From Synechocystis sp. PCC 6803 substr. PCC-P (GTDB taxonomy: Bacteria > Cyanobacteriota > Cyanobacteriia > Cyanobacteriales > Microcystaceae): a stretch of 32,000 nucleotides of DNA. Position numbers and translations under genes: made by a program. The notes under the pieces were generated by a model that saw only the letters and a list, made by a program, of their open reading frames with translations, searched no databases and was not told the DNA's origin. How positions within the stretch are numbered: position 1 is the first letter of the stretch; every line of letters starts with the position of its first letter. Below, in pieces: positions 19,951 through 29,961 of the stretch. The DNA lies in the NCBI RefSeq assembly GCF_000284455.1, contig NC_017039.1, positions 2,610,001 to 2,642,000 of the forward strand. Reading direction: 5' to 3'.

Positions 19951-21336
19951 CTAATCTGGGGTGGGAACTGGTTTTTCCGGAGCTTCCTCCTTTTTGGCCC
20001 CTTCAAACACAGCCCGCAACCAAGGGGGAGCCACAAAGGTAGTAACAATGACCATTACGATGATGGCGGCATCGGTGGCAGGATCCAACGCTCCACTAGC
20101 GGCCCCTACCCCAGCAAAAACTAGACCCACTTCTCCCCGGGGAATCATGCCTACCCCGATCGCCAATTTGTTCAATTCCGACTTACCAAACAGGGTAAAA
20201 CCGGTAACCACCTTACCCACGATCGCCACCAGGATTAAAAAGGCGGCAATAATCAAACCTTCTCGGTTAGCAGGTACGGCGGGGTTCAGCACACTGACAT
20301 CGGTTTTGGCCCCCACACAGACAAAAAATACCGGCACAAAAAAGTCTGCCAGAGGCAAAATTTGTTCTTCTAAATCTTCCCGCTTTTCCGTTTCCGCTAG
20401 GATTAACCCCGCTGCGAAGGAACCCAAAATCGCCTCTAACTGAACAATTTGGGCAATGTAGGAAAGGACAAACGCCACACAAATGGATACCAAGAGCAAC
20501 TGACCCCTGGTTTTCATGCGGTTGACTAGGCTGACATAGAAGGGGCTGAGCAGGCGACCAATTAAAATTGAACCCACCACAAAACCGGTGGCACTAAGGA
20601 TTAAGTAGATAATATTGCTGATTTGGATCTCCCCAGTTTTTACCAAGCTACCCACCACCGCCAGCACAATAATGCCGAGGATATCGTCCAATACTGCTGC
20701 ACCAATAATGATCTGCCCTTCATTGGAACTAAGGCGGTTGATCTCAGCCAACACCTTCGCAGTGATGCCGATACTGGTGGCCGTCAGGGCCGCCCCCGCA
20801 AAAATTGCTGGAATGGCCGCCACCCCAAAAATGGTCATCAAACCGATGGTGCCCAAACTAAAAGGAGTTACTACCCCCACCACCGCCACGATCGCCGCTT
20901 GGGGACCCACCCGAATCAGTTCCTTGAGGTTAGACTCCAAACCAATTTCAAATAGGAGAATAATTACCCCCAACTCGGAAATGACGGAAATCACTTCACT
21001 CTGGGCACTGAAAACGGACTGGGCCGCTTCCGGGGATAAATCCGCGGATCCCATCAGCAGTTGAATAACGAGGGAATCTTCGGGGGCCAGACCTCCTTCG
21101 GGAAATAATAATAGTTTCAGGGCCGAAACCCCCACTAACACGCCCCCCACCAATTCTCCTAGCACTGGCGGCAGATTGAGTCGGAGACAAACTTCCCCGC
21201 CCAACTTACTAGCAAAATAGATCACCACCAGACTGAGGAGCACCCCAGCCAATACCAATGGAGCTATTTCCGTTTCTGTTTCTACGGCAGTGGCGATCAT
21301 TGGCCACAGGGGAGGGAGCAATGGGTTCATAAACAT
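19951..21336 (-). CDS. nhaS3: Na+/H+ antiporter (NhaS3-type, CPA2)
   Basis: 461-aa, multi-TM, LNLPPVLGELVGGVLVG, FEIGLESNLKEL, GAAVLDDILGIIVLAVV, GMIPRGEVGLVFA; CPA2 hallmark residues. Confidence 0.93.
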   Translation of the reverse strand: MFMNPLLPPLWPMIATAVETETEIAPLVLAGVLLSLVVIYFASKLGGEVCLRLNLPPVLGELVGGVLVGVSALKLLLFPEGGLAPEDSLVIQLLMGSADLSPEAAQSVFSAQSEVISVISELGVIILLFEIGLESNLKELIRVGPQAAIVAVVGVVTPFSLGTIGLMTIFGVAAIPAIFAGAALTATSIGITAKVLAEINRLSSNEGQIIIGAAVLDDILGIIVLAVVGSLVKTGEIQISNIIYLILSATGFVVGSILIGRLLSPFYVSLVNRMKTRGQLLLVSICVAFVLSYIAQIVQLEAILGSFAAGLILAETEKREDLEEQILPLADFFVPVFFVCVGAKTDVSVLNPAVPANREGLIIAAFLILVAIVGKVVTGFTLFGKSELNKLAIGVGMIPRGEVGLVFAGVGAASGALDPATDAAIIVMVIVTTFVAPPWLRAVFEGAKKEEAPEKPVPTPD

Positions 21337-21678
21337 TTACATTGGATGTCATCTCTAAGCAGGATAAGGCAAAAGCTCCCCAATTTTTAGTGGCGTAGGA
21401 CTCTGAAAATACAATCCAAACCATTCACTGAGATAGATATTTTCACTGTAGACCAGGGGCAATGGTCAATAGAAGTTGTTATTAACTATAATTCTAGTTT
21501 TTGAAATTTATTTGAAAAATTGAGGTGTGGCAGTTAAATCTCCCCCTTGTTTGAGTAGGGATTTTAGTGGGGCGATTGAGCGGGATGATCCTATCTTTAA
21601 TTGACTTAAGTTTAGAACTAAAAAGACTGATCAAAGGCTGCTAGATAGATGATTTTAATTGTGTCAAACGTCCCTAGC

Positions 21679-22497
21679 TCAAGATTGGAAAGGCGTCTGT
21701 TGGCCTTGGATCACCATTTCTCCCCGGGGTTGACGGGCAGAAACTTCTTTTTCCTCTGTGACCATCACTTCCGAGGCAGACAACCATTTTTCAAAAGGAA
21801 TCTCTAGCAAAACTTCCCCTTGGGCATTGGGTAGAAAAGAACGACAGGGCACTTTTTTGCCATCAATCACAGCCCAAAGTTGGTAAACCTTACCGTCCTT
21901 AATCGGAGGTACATCCCTTAGCACTAATAGTGCTGATGCACTTTCTGCGCCCACAATTAAACTGCCCGTTGCTTGGGATTTAGCCTGGGTGGCCCGCAGG
22001 GTTAAAAAGTTTTTGTTGGGTTCCTGAAGAAGATTAACTACCTGACGATAGGCCGACAATTGTTCAGTCTGCTGTTGATCCCCTTGGGAGTCAAGCACCT
22101 GTTGCAATGTCTGATTAGTTTGCTCAATGGTGGCTAATTGTTCCTGTAGTCGATAATTTTGCCAGCTTAAACCGGCGATCGCCGTGGCCAGTACACCGCC
22201 CAAAGCTAGTTTTCCCCAGGTAAACTTGGGAGTCGATTTAATTACGGATGGAGAAAATTGATTAACTGAAGATTGGGAAAGCAATAGGGGCGGTGGAACA
22301 TCGGCCGAGGATAGTCCCAAGGGCAAAAGGTTGAGGGTAGCCCGCAGTTGCTCAACTTCCCTTACCAGGACTGGATTTTGGCTTAATAACTCCTCCACCT
22401 GGGCCTGCTCCCCTGGATTTAAATCTTCTAGCACATAGCCCGCCAACAATTCCTGCAGGGAGATCGGGTTTAGGGATTCCATCGGTTTACTCCACAA
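21679..22497 (-). CDS. Anti-sigma factor (RskA-like)
   Basis: ELLAGYVLEDLNPGEQAQVEELL N-terminus, one TM, C-terminal RDVPPIKDGKVYQLWAVIDGKKVPCRSFLPNAQG (anti-sigma-K type). Overlaps the sigma gene by 11 bp. Confidence 0.87.
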   Translation of the reverse strand: MWSKPMESLNPISLQELLAGYVLEDLNPGEQAQVEELLSQNPVLVREVEQLRATLNLLPLGLSSADVPPPLLLSQSSVNQFSPSVIKSTPKFTWGKLALGGVLATAIAGLSWQNYRLQEQLATIEQTNQTLQQVLDSQGDQQQTEQLSAYRQVVNLLQEPNKNFLTLRATQAKSQATGSLIVGAESASALLVLRDVPPIKDGKVYQLWAVIDGKKVPCRSFLPNAQGEVLLEIPFEKWLSASEVMVTEEKEVSARQPRGEMVIQGQQTPFQS

Positions 22498-23044
22498 GAT
22501 CCTGTAATAAATTTTTTAGCTTTAATAACCCCTGACGGGAACGGGTTTTAACCGTACCAAGGGGAATGGCTAATTTTTGGGTAATTTCCGACTGACTCAG
22601 CCCTTCATAGTAAGCCAGCTCCAACACCTGCCTTTGGTTAGGGGGCAAAGTCTCCAAGGCCGATGCTACCCGTTGGGACAACTCGGACAAAGCAGCGTTT
22701 TCCATAGGTAAATTGGGAACATTCGTTAAGTGGTTGTGTTGACAGGCTTTTAACAGTCGCCCTCGGCTCCGACCCTGGCGAATTCGGTTCAAGGCCCGGG
22801 AACGGGTGAGGGTAAGCAAAAAATTGAGTAAATTCCCCCGTTGGGAGTTGTAGGGAGTGGTGGTCTCCAGGCTAAGGAAAATTTCCTGGGTTAAATCCTC
22901 CGCATCCTGGGAGCGCTGCAATATGCGTAGGGCTAAACGATAAACCACCGCACCGTAGCGGTTATAGAGAACTCCTAGGGCAAAGGAATCTCCCCGTTGC
23001 ACCGCCGCCATAATTTCTCCGTCATCCTGCACCACGACTTGCAT
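22487..23044 (-). CDS. sigI: ECF/group 3 sigma factor (SigI)
   Basis: YNRYGAVVYRLALRILQRSQDAEDLTQEIFL (region 2) and LPPNQRQVLELAYYEGLSQSEITQKLAIPLGTVKTRSRQGLLKL (region 4). Confidence 0.93.
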   Translation of the reverse strand: MQVVVQDDGEIMAAVQRGDSFALGVLYNRYGAVVYRLALRILQRSQDAEDLTQEIFLSLETTTPYNSQRGNLLNFLLTLTRSRALNRIRQGRSRGRLLKACQHNHLTNVPNLPMENAALSELSQRVASALETLPPNQRQVLELAYYEGLSQSEITQKLAIPLGTVKTRSRQGLLKLKNLLQDLVE

Positions 23045-23045
23045 A

Positions 23046-23873
23046 CTAGAAAAACCAACCCAGTCCTGTCAGCAGATAATATCCCCCTGCTAACATCAAC
23101 AAGCCACTACCAAGTCCCGTAACCCAATGGGAGTTTTTTAGTAAAACCCGGCTCTGTTTGATCAAACCAGTGAACAGGCTAGCGAAGAAAATAACGGCGG
23201 TGTAACCCAAAGCATAGAAAACCATCGCCATCACACTTAAACTCTGGGAACCGGTGGTGGAAGCCGCAGCTAACACGGCAAATAATACCGGACTGGCACA
23301 GGGAGAACTCACCAAAGCAAAGGTCATACCCACCCCCAGGGGCCCTGCCACAGGCAAATTAATTTGGGTTTTGGGTAGGGGTAAATGAACTAGTCCGGCA
23401 AAACTCAATCCCATGACCAGAATGATGGTGCCGATCGCCACATGAACGTAGCCCTTAAAGTCCACAATGACGGCGGTGGCAAAGGCGGAGACCAAGCCAA
23501 ATAAGCTGAGCACAATTACCGTACCTAAGACAAATAGGCTAGCTTTGCCCAGGGCTTGGCGGCGGGAAGTAACTTGCAGAGTGCCAATGTAGCTCAGATT
23601 CACCGGCAATAGGGCGAGGATACAGGGGGAAAAACTAGCAAGCAGTCCCCCCAGAAAAGCCAGAGGTAGCAATACCAGGGGATTGCCGGTGTTTTGCTGG
23701 TCAAACCATTGCTGGTAATGATTTTCAACCGCGGCAATGAAATGATCCAGGCCCGCTGTCAGGGAGGCCCATTGACTAGTGAGCACCACTAAGGACAGGG
23801 CTCCCAAAAATAAAATTAGGCAAAATGCCCAGGGAGCCATGGAGGAAAAGGAGCGACGGGCACGATTTAACAT
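23046..23873 (-). CDS. CcdA/DsbD-like cytochrome c biogenesis/thiol transport membrane protein
   Basis: FLGGLLASFSPCILALLPVNLSYIG and VSSPCASPVLFAVLA, two conserved Cys-containing TM motifs. Confidence 0.9.
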   Translation of the reverse strand: MLNRARRSFSSMAPWAFCLILFLGALSLVVLTSQWASLTAGLDHFIAAVENHYQQWFDQQNTGNPLVLLPLAFLGGLLASFSPCILALLPVNLSYIGTLQVTSRRQALGKASLFVLGTVIVLSLFGLVSAFATAVIVDFKGYVHVAIGTIILVMGLSFAGLVHLPLPKTQINLPVAGPLGVGMTFALVSSPCASPVLFAVLAAASTTGSQSLSVMAMVFYALGYTAVIFFASLFTGLIKQSRVLLKNSHWVTGLGSGLLMLAGGYYLLTGLGWFF

Positions 23874-24062
23874 GGCGATTTCAGAATTTGGTCAACGAGG
23901 AGCGAAGCAGAGGCTGACCAAACCGCCTGCGCCCCGGTGGGGAGGAAATATTTTGATAAAACCTCCAAGGTTGCTAGAGCTTAAGTGGCCCCGGGTCGGA
24001 AAATGGACAAAATTATGCAAAAAGAAATGGGGCGATTTCGGTAACAAACCCCCCGGCGTCAA

Positions 24063-24551
24063 CTATTTTTTCGCCATTCTGGAAATTTCCCCATCAATTA
24101 CCTTGGCGTAGTCCCCAGCATTGGCATTTTTACGAAATTGCTGGACAACCATCCCTGTGGCGGGATCAATGATGGCAACGGTGGCGGTTTGGGTTTTATT
24201 GGCTTCAAAGAAGGTTGTTAGCCCCAACTGCTTGGCTTTAGCTTCCGCCGCTTTGGTTGTGTTCTTGTCTGAAACATCCAGCACCACAAAGTTCACTTTG
24301 CCCTGGTACTGCTTCTTCAACTGACTAAGGGTAGGAGCAATGGTCTGACAGCCGGGGCACCAAGTGGCATAGATATCCACCACCACTGGTTTGCCTTGGA
24401 GGGAAGGGGACAGGGCTTTGGGGGCCTGGGTCTGCATCATTTGGGCAACGCTGACTTGGGGAGAGGAAAGACTCACCGAAGCCACGCCGAGGGCACCACC
24501 AAGAAAGGCGATCGCCAGAGTAGATGTTAAAAAGGAGCGGGTAGTTTTCAC
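24063..24551 (-). CDS. Exported thioredoxin-like protein with WCPGC redox motif
   Basis: Signal peptide-like N-terminus, VVVDIYATWCPGCQTIAPTLSQLKKQY. Confidence 0.92.
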   Translation of the reverse strand: MKTTRSFLTSTLAIAFLGGALGVASVSLSSPQVSVAQMMQTQAPKALSPSLQGKPVVVDIYATWCPGCQTIAPTLSQLKKQYQGKVNFVVLDVSDKNTTKAAEAKAKQLGLTTFFEANKTQTATVAIIDPATGMVVQQFRKNANAGDYAKVIDGEISRMAKK

Positions 24552-24654
24552 AGAAAGTGCCTCAATGGAAGGTTCACTTTCTATACACCTCTGACCCGGC
24601 TTTTGGATTTATTTAATTTCACCAACTTGATTTAATTAGTTAATTGACAGTTAA

Positions 24655-25455
24655 TTAACCGAAACGACCACTGACATAATCCCGAGTCGATTCCTTGAGC
24701 GGATTTTGGAAAATTTCTTCCGTGGGGCCATATTCCACTAAGCTGCCCACTTTGGCACCTCTGTCTACCGATTCCACATTGAAAAATGCCGTGTAGTCCG
24801 ACACCCGGGACGCCTGTTGCATGTTGTGGGTCACAATCACAATGGTGAATTGCTCTTTGAGTTCGTGCATTAACCCTTCAATCTTCAAGGTAGAAATGGG
24901 GTCGAGGGCCGAACAAGGTTCATCCATCAAAATTACTTCCGGCTGAACGGCGATCGCCCGGGCAATGCAGAGCCGTTGTTGCTGACCACCGGAGAGGGAA
25001 AAGCCACTGGCTTTCAATTTATCTTTCACTTCGTCCCAGAGGGCGGCCCGACGCAGGGAAGTTTCCACCAATTCGTCCATATCCCCTTGGAAATTGTTTA
25101 GCTTAGCTCCCCAGGCAATGTTTTCGTAAATTGACTTGGGAAAAGGATTGGCTTTCTGAAATACCATGCCAATGGAACAGCGTAAACCCACCGGATCAAC
25201 GCTGGGGGCATAAATATCCGAACCGTGGTAGGTAATGCGTCCCTCCACCCTGGCGATGGAAACCAAATCATTCATGCGATTGAAGCAACGGAGCAGGGTG
25301 CTCTTACCACAACCGGAGGGACCAATAAAAGCCACCACCCGTCTTTCGGGAATGGAAATATTGCAATCTTTGACTGCAAGGTGGGAACCGTAATAAACGT
25401 TAACGCCCTGGGCTTCTAACACCCCCTTCGTGGCCACGCCGTTGGAAACTACCAT
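24655..25455 (-). CDS. pstB: Phosphate ABC transporter ATP-binding protein
   Basis: [58 protein letters not shown]. Confidence 0.97.
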   Translation of the reverse strand: MVVSNGVATKGVLEAQGVNVYYGSHLAVKDCNISIPERRVVAFIGPSGCGKSTLLRCFNRMNDLVSIARVEGRITYHGSDIYAPSVDPVGLRCSIGMVFQKANPFPKSIYENIAWGAKLNNFQGDMDELVETSLRRAALWDEVKDKLKASGFSLSGGQQQRLCIARAIAVQPEVILMDEPCSALDPISTLKIEGLMHELKEQFTIVIVTHNMQQASRVSDYTAFFNVESVDRGAKVGSLVEYGPTEEIFQNPLKESTRDYVSGRFG

Positions 25456-25569
25456 AACTAATATCCTCTTGAAAATTTAAAAATAATTGGTTACTAATAA
25501 CGGAAAAGCTTGGGTTGTTCTAGACCGAGGGACTTCCCAGGTTTGACAGAGTAAAACAGAGAGAACCAT

Positions 25570-26397
25570 TTAACCAAAGCGCCCACTGACATAGTCCTTG
25601 GTTTCCTGTTCCTGGGGGTCACCAAACACCTTGCCAGTTCGGTCAAATTCCACCAGATAGCCCACTTTATTGCCTTTGTCCGTGGCTTCTGCGTTGTAAA
25701 AAGCAGTGTAATCCGCCACCCTGGTGGCCTGTTGCATATTGTGGGTAACGATGATGATGGTGTAGTTTTCCTTCAACTCATTCATCAACTCTTCCACTTT
25801 CAGGGTAGAAATGGGGTCTAGCGCTGAGCAGGGTTCATCCATTAACAATACTTCCGGTTGCATGGCGATCGCCCGGGCGATGCAAAGTCGTTGTTGCTGA
25901 CCACCGGAAAGGGAAAAACCACTGGCTTTTAATTTATCTTTCACTTCGTCCCAGAGGGCGGCCCGTCGGAGGGAATCTTCCGCCAACTCTTCCAAATTGC
26001 CTTTGTAGCCATTGACCCTGGCACCGTACACCACGTTATCGAAAATGGTTTTTGGGAAAGGATTAGGCTTTTGGAAAACCATGCCAATATATTTCCGCAC
26101 CGCAGTGACATCAATATTAGGCGAGTAGAGGTCTTGGCTATGGTAAAGAACCTTGCCCTCTAGTCGGAAACTTTCAATCAGGTCATTCAAACGGTTAAAG
26201 CAACGCAAAATGGTACTTTTACCGCAACCGGAGGGGCCAATGAAAGCAGTAATTTTATTTTTAGGAATAGTCAGGGAAACGTCCCGCACTGCCCGGTGGC
26301 TACCGTAATAGATATCTAGGTTCTGGGTAGTAAAGACGGGGATGGTTTCAGTTAATGGTTGCGCCGGGGATTCGTTCATGGGGGATTCCTCATTCAA
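25570..26397 (-). CDS. pstB: Phosphate ABC transporter ATP-binding protein, second paralogue
   Basis: [58 protein letters not shown]. Confidence 0.97.
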   Translation of the reverse strand: MNEESPMNESPAQPLTETIPVFTTQNLDIYYGSHRAVRDVSLTIPKNKITAFIGPSGCGKSTILRCFNRLNDLIESFRLEGKVLYHSQDLYSPNIDVTAVRKYIGMVFQKPNPFPKTIFDNVVYGARVNGYKGNLEELAEDSLRRAALWDEVKDKLKASGFSLSGGQQQRLCIARAIAMQPEVLLMDEPCSALDPISTLKVEELMNELKENYTIIIVTHNMQQATRVADYTAFYNAEATDKGNKVGYLVEFDRTGKVFGDPQEQETKDYVSGRFG

Positions 26398-26404
26398 TTA
26401 GTAT

Positions 26405-27268
26405 CTAATAAGCCTTCTTCCGGGTAAAGAAGCGGGCGGTGATGTTGGTAATCAGCACTAGAAACACCAGCAATAACGAAGCCGCCCAGGCCAATTCCTG
26501 TTGGGATTTGTAGGGCACCGACGCAAAGTTATAAACCAACACAGCCAGGGTAGCGATGGGTTCTTTTAGTCCCCGGGGCCAGAAGTTGGAGTACAAAGCA
26601 GTGAAAATTAGGGGAGCCGTTTCTCCAGCGGCCCTGGCGATCGCCAATGTGACCCCGGTGATAATGGAGGAAAGGGCAGCGGGCAGAACCACAAATAAAA
26701 CAGTTTGGTATTTGTAGGCCCCTACCCCCAGGGCAGCCCAGCGAATATCCTGGGGCACAATCTGTAAAGCTTCGTCGGTGGTGCGGATAATGGTGGGTAA
26801 CATCAACACCGCCAGGGCAACCCCCCCCGCAATGGCCGAAAAACCAAATAGCCCCGAAGACACCAAGGCACCGTAGGCAAATACCCCGGCAATGATGGAA
26901 GGAATACCGCTCAACAGGTTAGTGGCAAAACGTACCGCCCTGGCCACTTGGTTATCGCCGCTAAATTCGGAAAGATAAACCGCACTCAAAACGCCGATGG
27001 GTACAGCAATCACCGTGGCGATCGCCACCACAATGAAAGTCCCAATAATGGCGTTACCTACCCCACCACCGGCCAAACCGGGAGCCGGAGGTAGTTTGAG
27101 AAAAAGGTTGAGGTTAAGGCTGCGGAAACCCTGAATGGCAACAAAAATCAGCACCGCAAACAGGGGAATAACGGTGGCCAATAGACAGGCCGCCGACACG
27201 GCAGTCATGGAGTAACCAAAGATAGCTCTCAGGTCAGATTTCTTCTTTTGGAGGTTAACGGCGGTCAT
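26405..27268 (-). CDS. pstA: Phosphate ABC transporter permease PstA
   Basis: GVLSAVYLSEF, NLLSGIPSIIAGVFAYG, TIIRTTDEALQIVPQDIRWAALGVGAYKYQTVLFVVLPAALSSIITG. Confidence 0.96.
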   Translation of the reverse strand: MTAVNLQKKKSDLRAIFGYSMTAVSAACLLATVIPLFAVLIFVAIQGFRSLNLNLFLKLPPAPGLAGGGVGNAIIGTFIVVAIATVIAVPIGVLSAVYLSEFSGDNQVARAVRFATNLLSGIPSIIAGVFAYGALVSSGLFGFSAIAGGVALAVLMLPTIIRTTDEALQIVPQDIRWAALGVGAYKYQTVLFVVLPAALSSIITGVTLAIARAAGETAPLIFTALYSNFWPRGLKEPIATLAVLVYNFASVPYKSQQELAWAASLLLVFLVLITNITARFFTRKKAY

Positions 27269-27453
27269 GGGTTTGGGGGGCCAGGGCCTAGGAGAATAAG
27301 CAAAAATATAGGTTTGGGAAGAGTTTGAGAGTTCGAGATTCGTCTTTTAAACTGACTGGCTTAATCCAGAGCTTTGATTTAAATTTCGCCCGTAATTGTC
27401 AAGTCAGGGAAACGGCTCAAACAGCCCCTAAGTAAAAATAATTGCAGCAAAAA

Positions 27454-28407
27454 CTAATATTTAGCTTTGACTTTGTTCACAATCAGTTCTGCCAAAATAT
27501 TGACAATGAAAGTAAGAACAATCAGCACAAAACCGGCATACATCAACGCCGAAACCTGCATCCCCGAAGCTTCAGCAAACTGGTTAGCTAGTAGGGAAGC
27601 AATGGTGTTGGCAGGATTCAATAAAGACCAACTCAGACGGTTAGAGTTACCAATGATCATGGTCACGGCCATCGTTTCCCCCATGGCCCTTCCTAATGCC
27701 AGCATAATCCCCCCGACAATGCCGGAGAAAGCGGCGGGAATCAACACCCGAAAAATGGTTTCCCACCGGGTAGCCCCCAGTCCCAAGGAAGCTTGTCGTA
27801 ATTCCGGCGGTAAGGAAGCCAAAGAATCCCTGGCGATCGCCGTAATGATCGGCAAAATCATAATGGCCAAAACAATACTGGCGGGTAACATACCGGGGCC
27901 AGCAGGCGGGGTGCTAAAGAGGGGAATCCAACCAAAATATTCGTTTAACCACATCCCCACCGGTTTAATCAGGGGAATAATGACGAAAATGCCCCACAAC
28001 CCATAGACCACACTGGGAATGGCCGCCAGCAATTCCACCATAAAAGTGAGGACAGTACGAATTTTACTGGGAATGAAATCCTCACTTAAAAACAACGCCG
28101 TACCGATGCCCAGGGGAATAGCCAGTAGTAAGGCCAAGCCGGAGTTGACCAATGTGCCCACCATAATGGCCAGGATTCCATACTGGCTGGTAACAGGATT
28201 CCAAGTATTATTGGTGATAAAGCCCAGCCCAAAAGCTTTAATTGCCGGCACCGACTGAGACAAAATCAACAGGGCGATCGCCAGCAAAATCAGCCCAATA
28301 CTGACGGCAAAGGCTAAAGTTAAATACTTAAATCCCTTCTCCAAATTTTTTTCAAGATCGGAGCGGGAAGCCAGGGGCTTTGTCCGGGAATAGGGCGCAG
28401 TGGTCAT
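27454..28407 (-). CDS. pstC: Phosphate ABC transporter permease PstC (ORF extends upstream to 28434)
   Basis: ELLAAIPSVVYGLWGIFVIIPLI, LGATRWETIFRVLIPAAFSGIVGGIMLALGRAMGETMAV. Confidence 0.95.
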   Translation of the reverse strand: MTTAPYSRTKPLASRSDLEKNLEKGFKYLTLAFAVSIGLILLAIALLILSQSVPAIKAFGLGFITNNTWNPVTSQYGILAIMVGTLVNSGLALLLAIPLGIGTALFLSEDFIPSKIRTVLTFMVELLAAIPSVVYGLWGIFVIIPLIKPVGMWLNEYFGWIPLFSTPPAGPGMLPASIVLAIMILPIITAIARDSLASLPPELRQASLGLGATRWETIFRVLIPAAFSGIVGGIMLALGRAMGETMAVTMIIGNSNRLSWSLLNPANTIASLLANQFAEASGMQVSALMYAGFVLIVLTFIVNILAELIVNKVKAKY

Positions 28408-28488
28408 GGAAAAATGGGGAATTAGGAAAGGCAAATGGGAAGGAAGATCAATGGCGATCGCCTCCCCACTCGGATATTTGCGACTGAA

Positions 28489-29640
28489 CTATTTCAAGGT
28501 AATGGTGTAATCGGGGGAGATTTTGTCAGCAGCGGCGGCCACTTTTTCCCGCACATTTTGAGGTAAAGGTACATAACCCAAAGTGGGGGCCATGGTTTGA
28601 CCTTCATTCAGACCAAATTCCACCATCGCTTCGATACCTTTAGCCTTTTCCGCATCAGCGTACTGGGGATAAAGCAACATCCAGGTGTAGGTAACAATGG
28701 GATAGGAATCAGCCCCAGCGGGGTTAGTGATGAATTCCCGCAGGTTTTCCGGCAGTTCGACTGCAGCCAGGGTGGCCGAAGCATTTTCATCGGTCGGCAC
28801 AACAAACTGTCCATCCTTGTTCTGGAGGCTGGCCATGGTCAGGTTATTGTTGGTGGCGTAGCCATATTCAACGTAGCCAATGGCTCCCTCATTTTGTTGA
28901 ATACCAGCGGTTACACCTTCGTTACCCTTACCACCGATGAATTTACCTTTACTGGTGGGCCACTCAACGGTTTTACCGTCACCGATGGTTTCCTTAAATT
29001 CGGGACTCATGGCGGCCAAGTTCATGGTGAAAACCGCCGTGGTACCGCTACCGTCGGAACGATGCACCACCGTGATAGGGCGATCGGGCAAGGTCAAATC
29101 GGGATTATCCGCCACTAATTTGGGGTCATTCCATTTAGTAATATTGCCCAACATGATGCCCGCCAAGGCTTCCTGGGATAACTTCAACCCTTCCACCCCA
29201 GGCAAGTTGTAGGCCATAACAATGCTACCAGCGGTCATGGGAAGCATTACCACTTCACCGTTAACCTTGGCAATCTCTTCGTCGTCCATGGCCACATCGC
29301 TGGCACCAAAATCCACGGTCTTACTCATGAATTGCTCAACCCCAGCACCACTACCCACGGACTGATAGTTAACTTCTAAGTTAGGCACAGCTTGATTGAG
29401 GGCCACAAACCAGCCTTGGTAAAGGGGAGCAGGAAAACTAGCACCGGCACCGGTCAAGGAAACTTTACTGGCAAAGGCATCTGCGGCAGTAGTTGTAGTT
29501 GCATCACCACCACCGGTTTGGGCTGTGTCACCACCACCACCACCGCCACCACAGGCTGCCAGACCAACAGTTAGTGCCAGGATAGAAGCTGTGGGCACTA
29601 AATGCTTGGACAACTTTTTAATCTGCTTGAAAGTAGTCAT
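28489..29640 (-). CDS. pstS: Periplasmic phosphate-binding lipoprotein PstS
   Basis: Lipobox LAAC, TGAGASFPAPLYQGWF, NYQSVGSGAGVEQF, VHRSDGSGTTAVFT. Confidence 0.96.
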   Translation of the reverse strand: MTTFKQIKKLSKHLVPTASILALTVGLAACGGGGGGGDTAQTGGGDATTTTAADAFASKVSLTGAGASFPAPLYQGWFVALNQAVPNLEVNYQSVGSGAGVEQFMSKTVDFGASDVAMDDEEIAKVNGEVVMLPMTAGSIVMAYNLPGVEGLKLSQEALAGIMLGNITKWNDPKLVADNPDLTLPDRPITVVHRSDGSGTTAVFTMNLAAMSPEFKETIGDGKTVEWPTSKGKFIGGKGNEGVTAGIQQNEGAIGYVEYGYATNNNLTMASLQNKDGQFVVPTDENASATLAAVELPENLREFITNPAGADSYPIVTYTWMLLYPQYADAEKAKGIEAMVEFGLNEGQTMAPTLGYVPLPQNVREKVAAAADKISPDYTITLK

Positions 29641-29714
29641 TGATGTGTTCTCGACGCGGATTTGTATAATCTGGCTAAACAGTTGCTCATGATACAGTCA
29701 TTAAGCCAGACCAT

Positions 29715-29733
29715 GGTAAAGGGAAGGTTAAGG
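29715..29733 (-). promoter_or_regulatory. Pho box upstream of pstS
   Basis: Minus strand reads CCTTAACC-TTC-CCTTTACC, an 8-bp repeat with 3-bp spacer (11-bp period). A candidate -10 TATCAT lies 19 bp downstream at 29690-29695. Confidence 0.75.
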
Positions 29734-29780
29734 TCTATGGAATTGGGATTTTCTTCCTGGGAATCCCCAATACTTGCCCC

Positions 29781-29943
29781 TTGAGAAAGTGTTTGGAAAG
29801 TTCTGTTTTGGCTGTTTAATCCCCCCTAGCCCCCTTTGGAAGGGGGAAACTGTTACACAAGTCCCTCTTTTTAAGCCGGAGCTTTAGTAAGGAGATTTAG
29901 GGGGATAAATCCTTTGATTTTGACTTTTCAAACAAACTCTGAC
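29781..29943. repeat. MITE-like element, about 163 bp, related to the one at 16936-17069
   Basis: Left end TTGAGAAAGTGTTTGGAAAG. Reverse complement of right end GTCAGAGTTTGTTTGAAAAG. 14/20 identical. Internal aggagatttagggg is shared in inverted orientation with the other copy. Confidence 0.65.
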
Positions 29944-29961
29944 GGCTTCGCCCCTTGTTTA

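Noticed and set aside
20615-21064. 149-aa plus-strand ORF opposite nhaS3
   Set aside because: Antisense to conserved TM helices; Thr/Ala/Ile-rich composition is the complement expected from a membrane protein gene.
23779-24111. 110-aa plus-strand ORF spanning the gap between the CcdA-like and thioredoxin-like genes
   Set aside because: Overlaps the start of one gene and the end of the other on the opposite strand, and its composition is not protein-like; not convincing without expression data.
28597-29118. 173-aa plus-strand ORF opposite pstS
   Set aside because: Antisense shadow of a strongly conserved coding sequence with no independent support.
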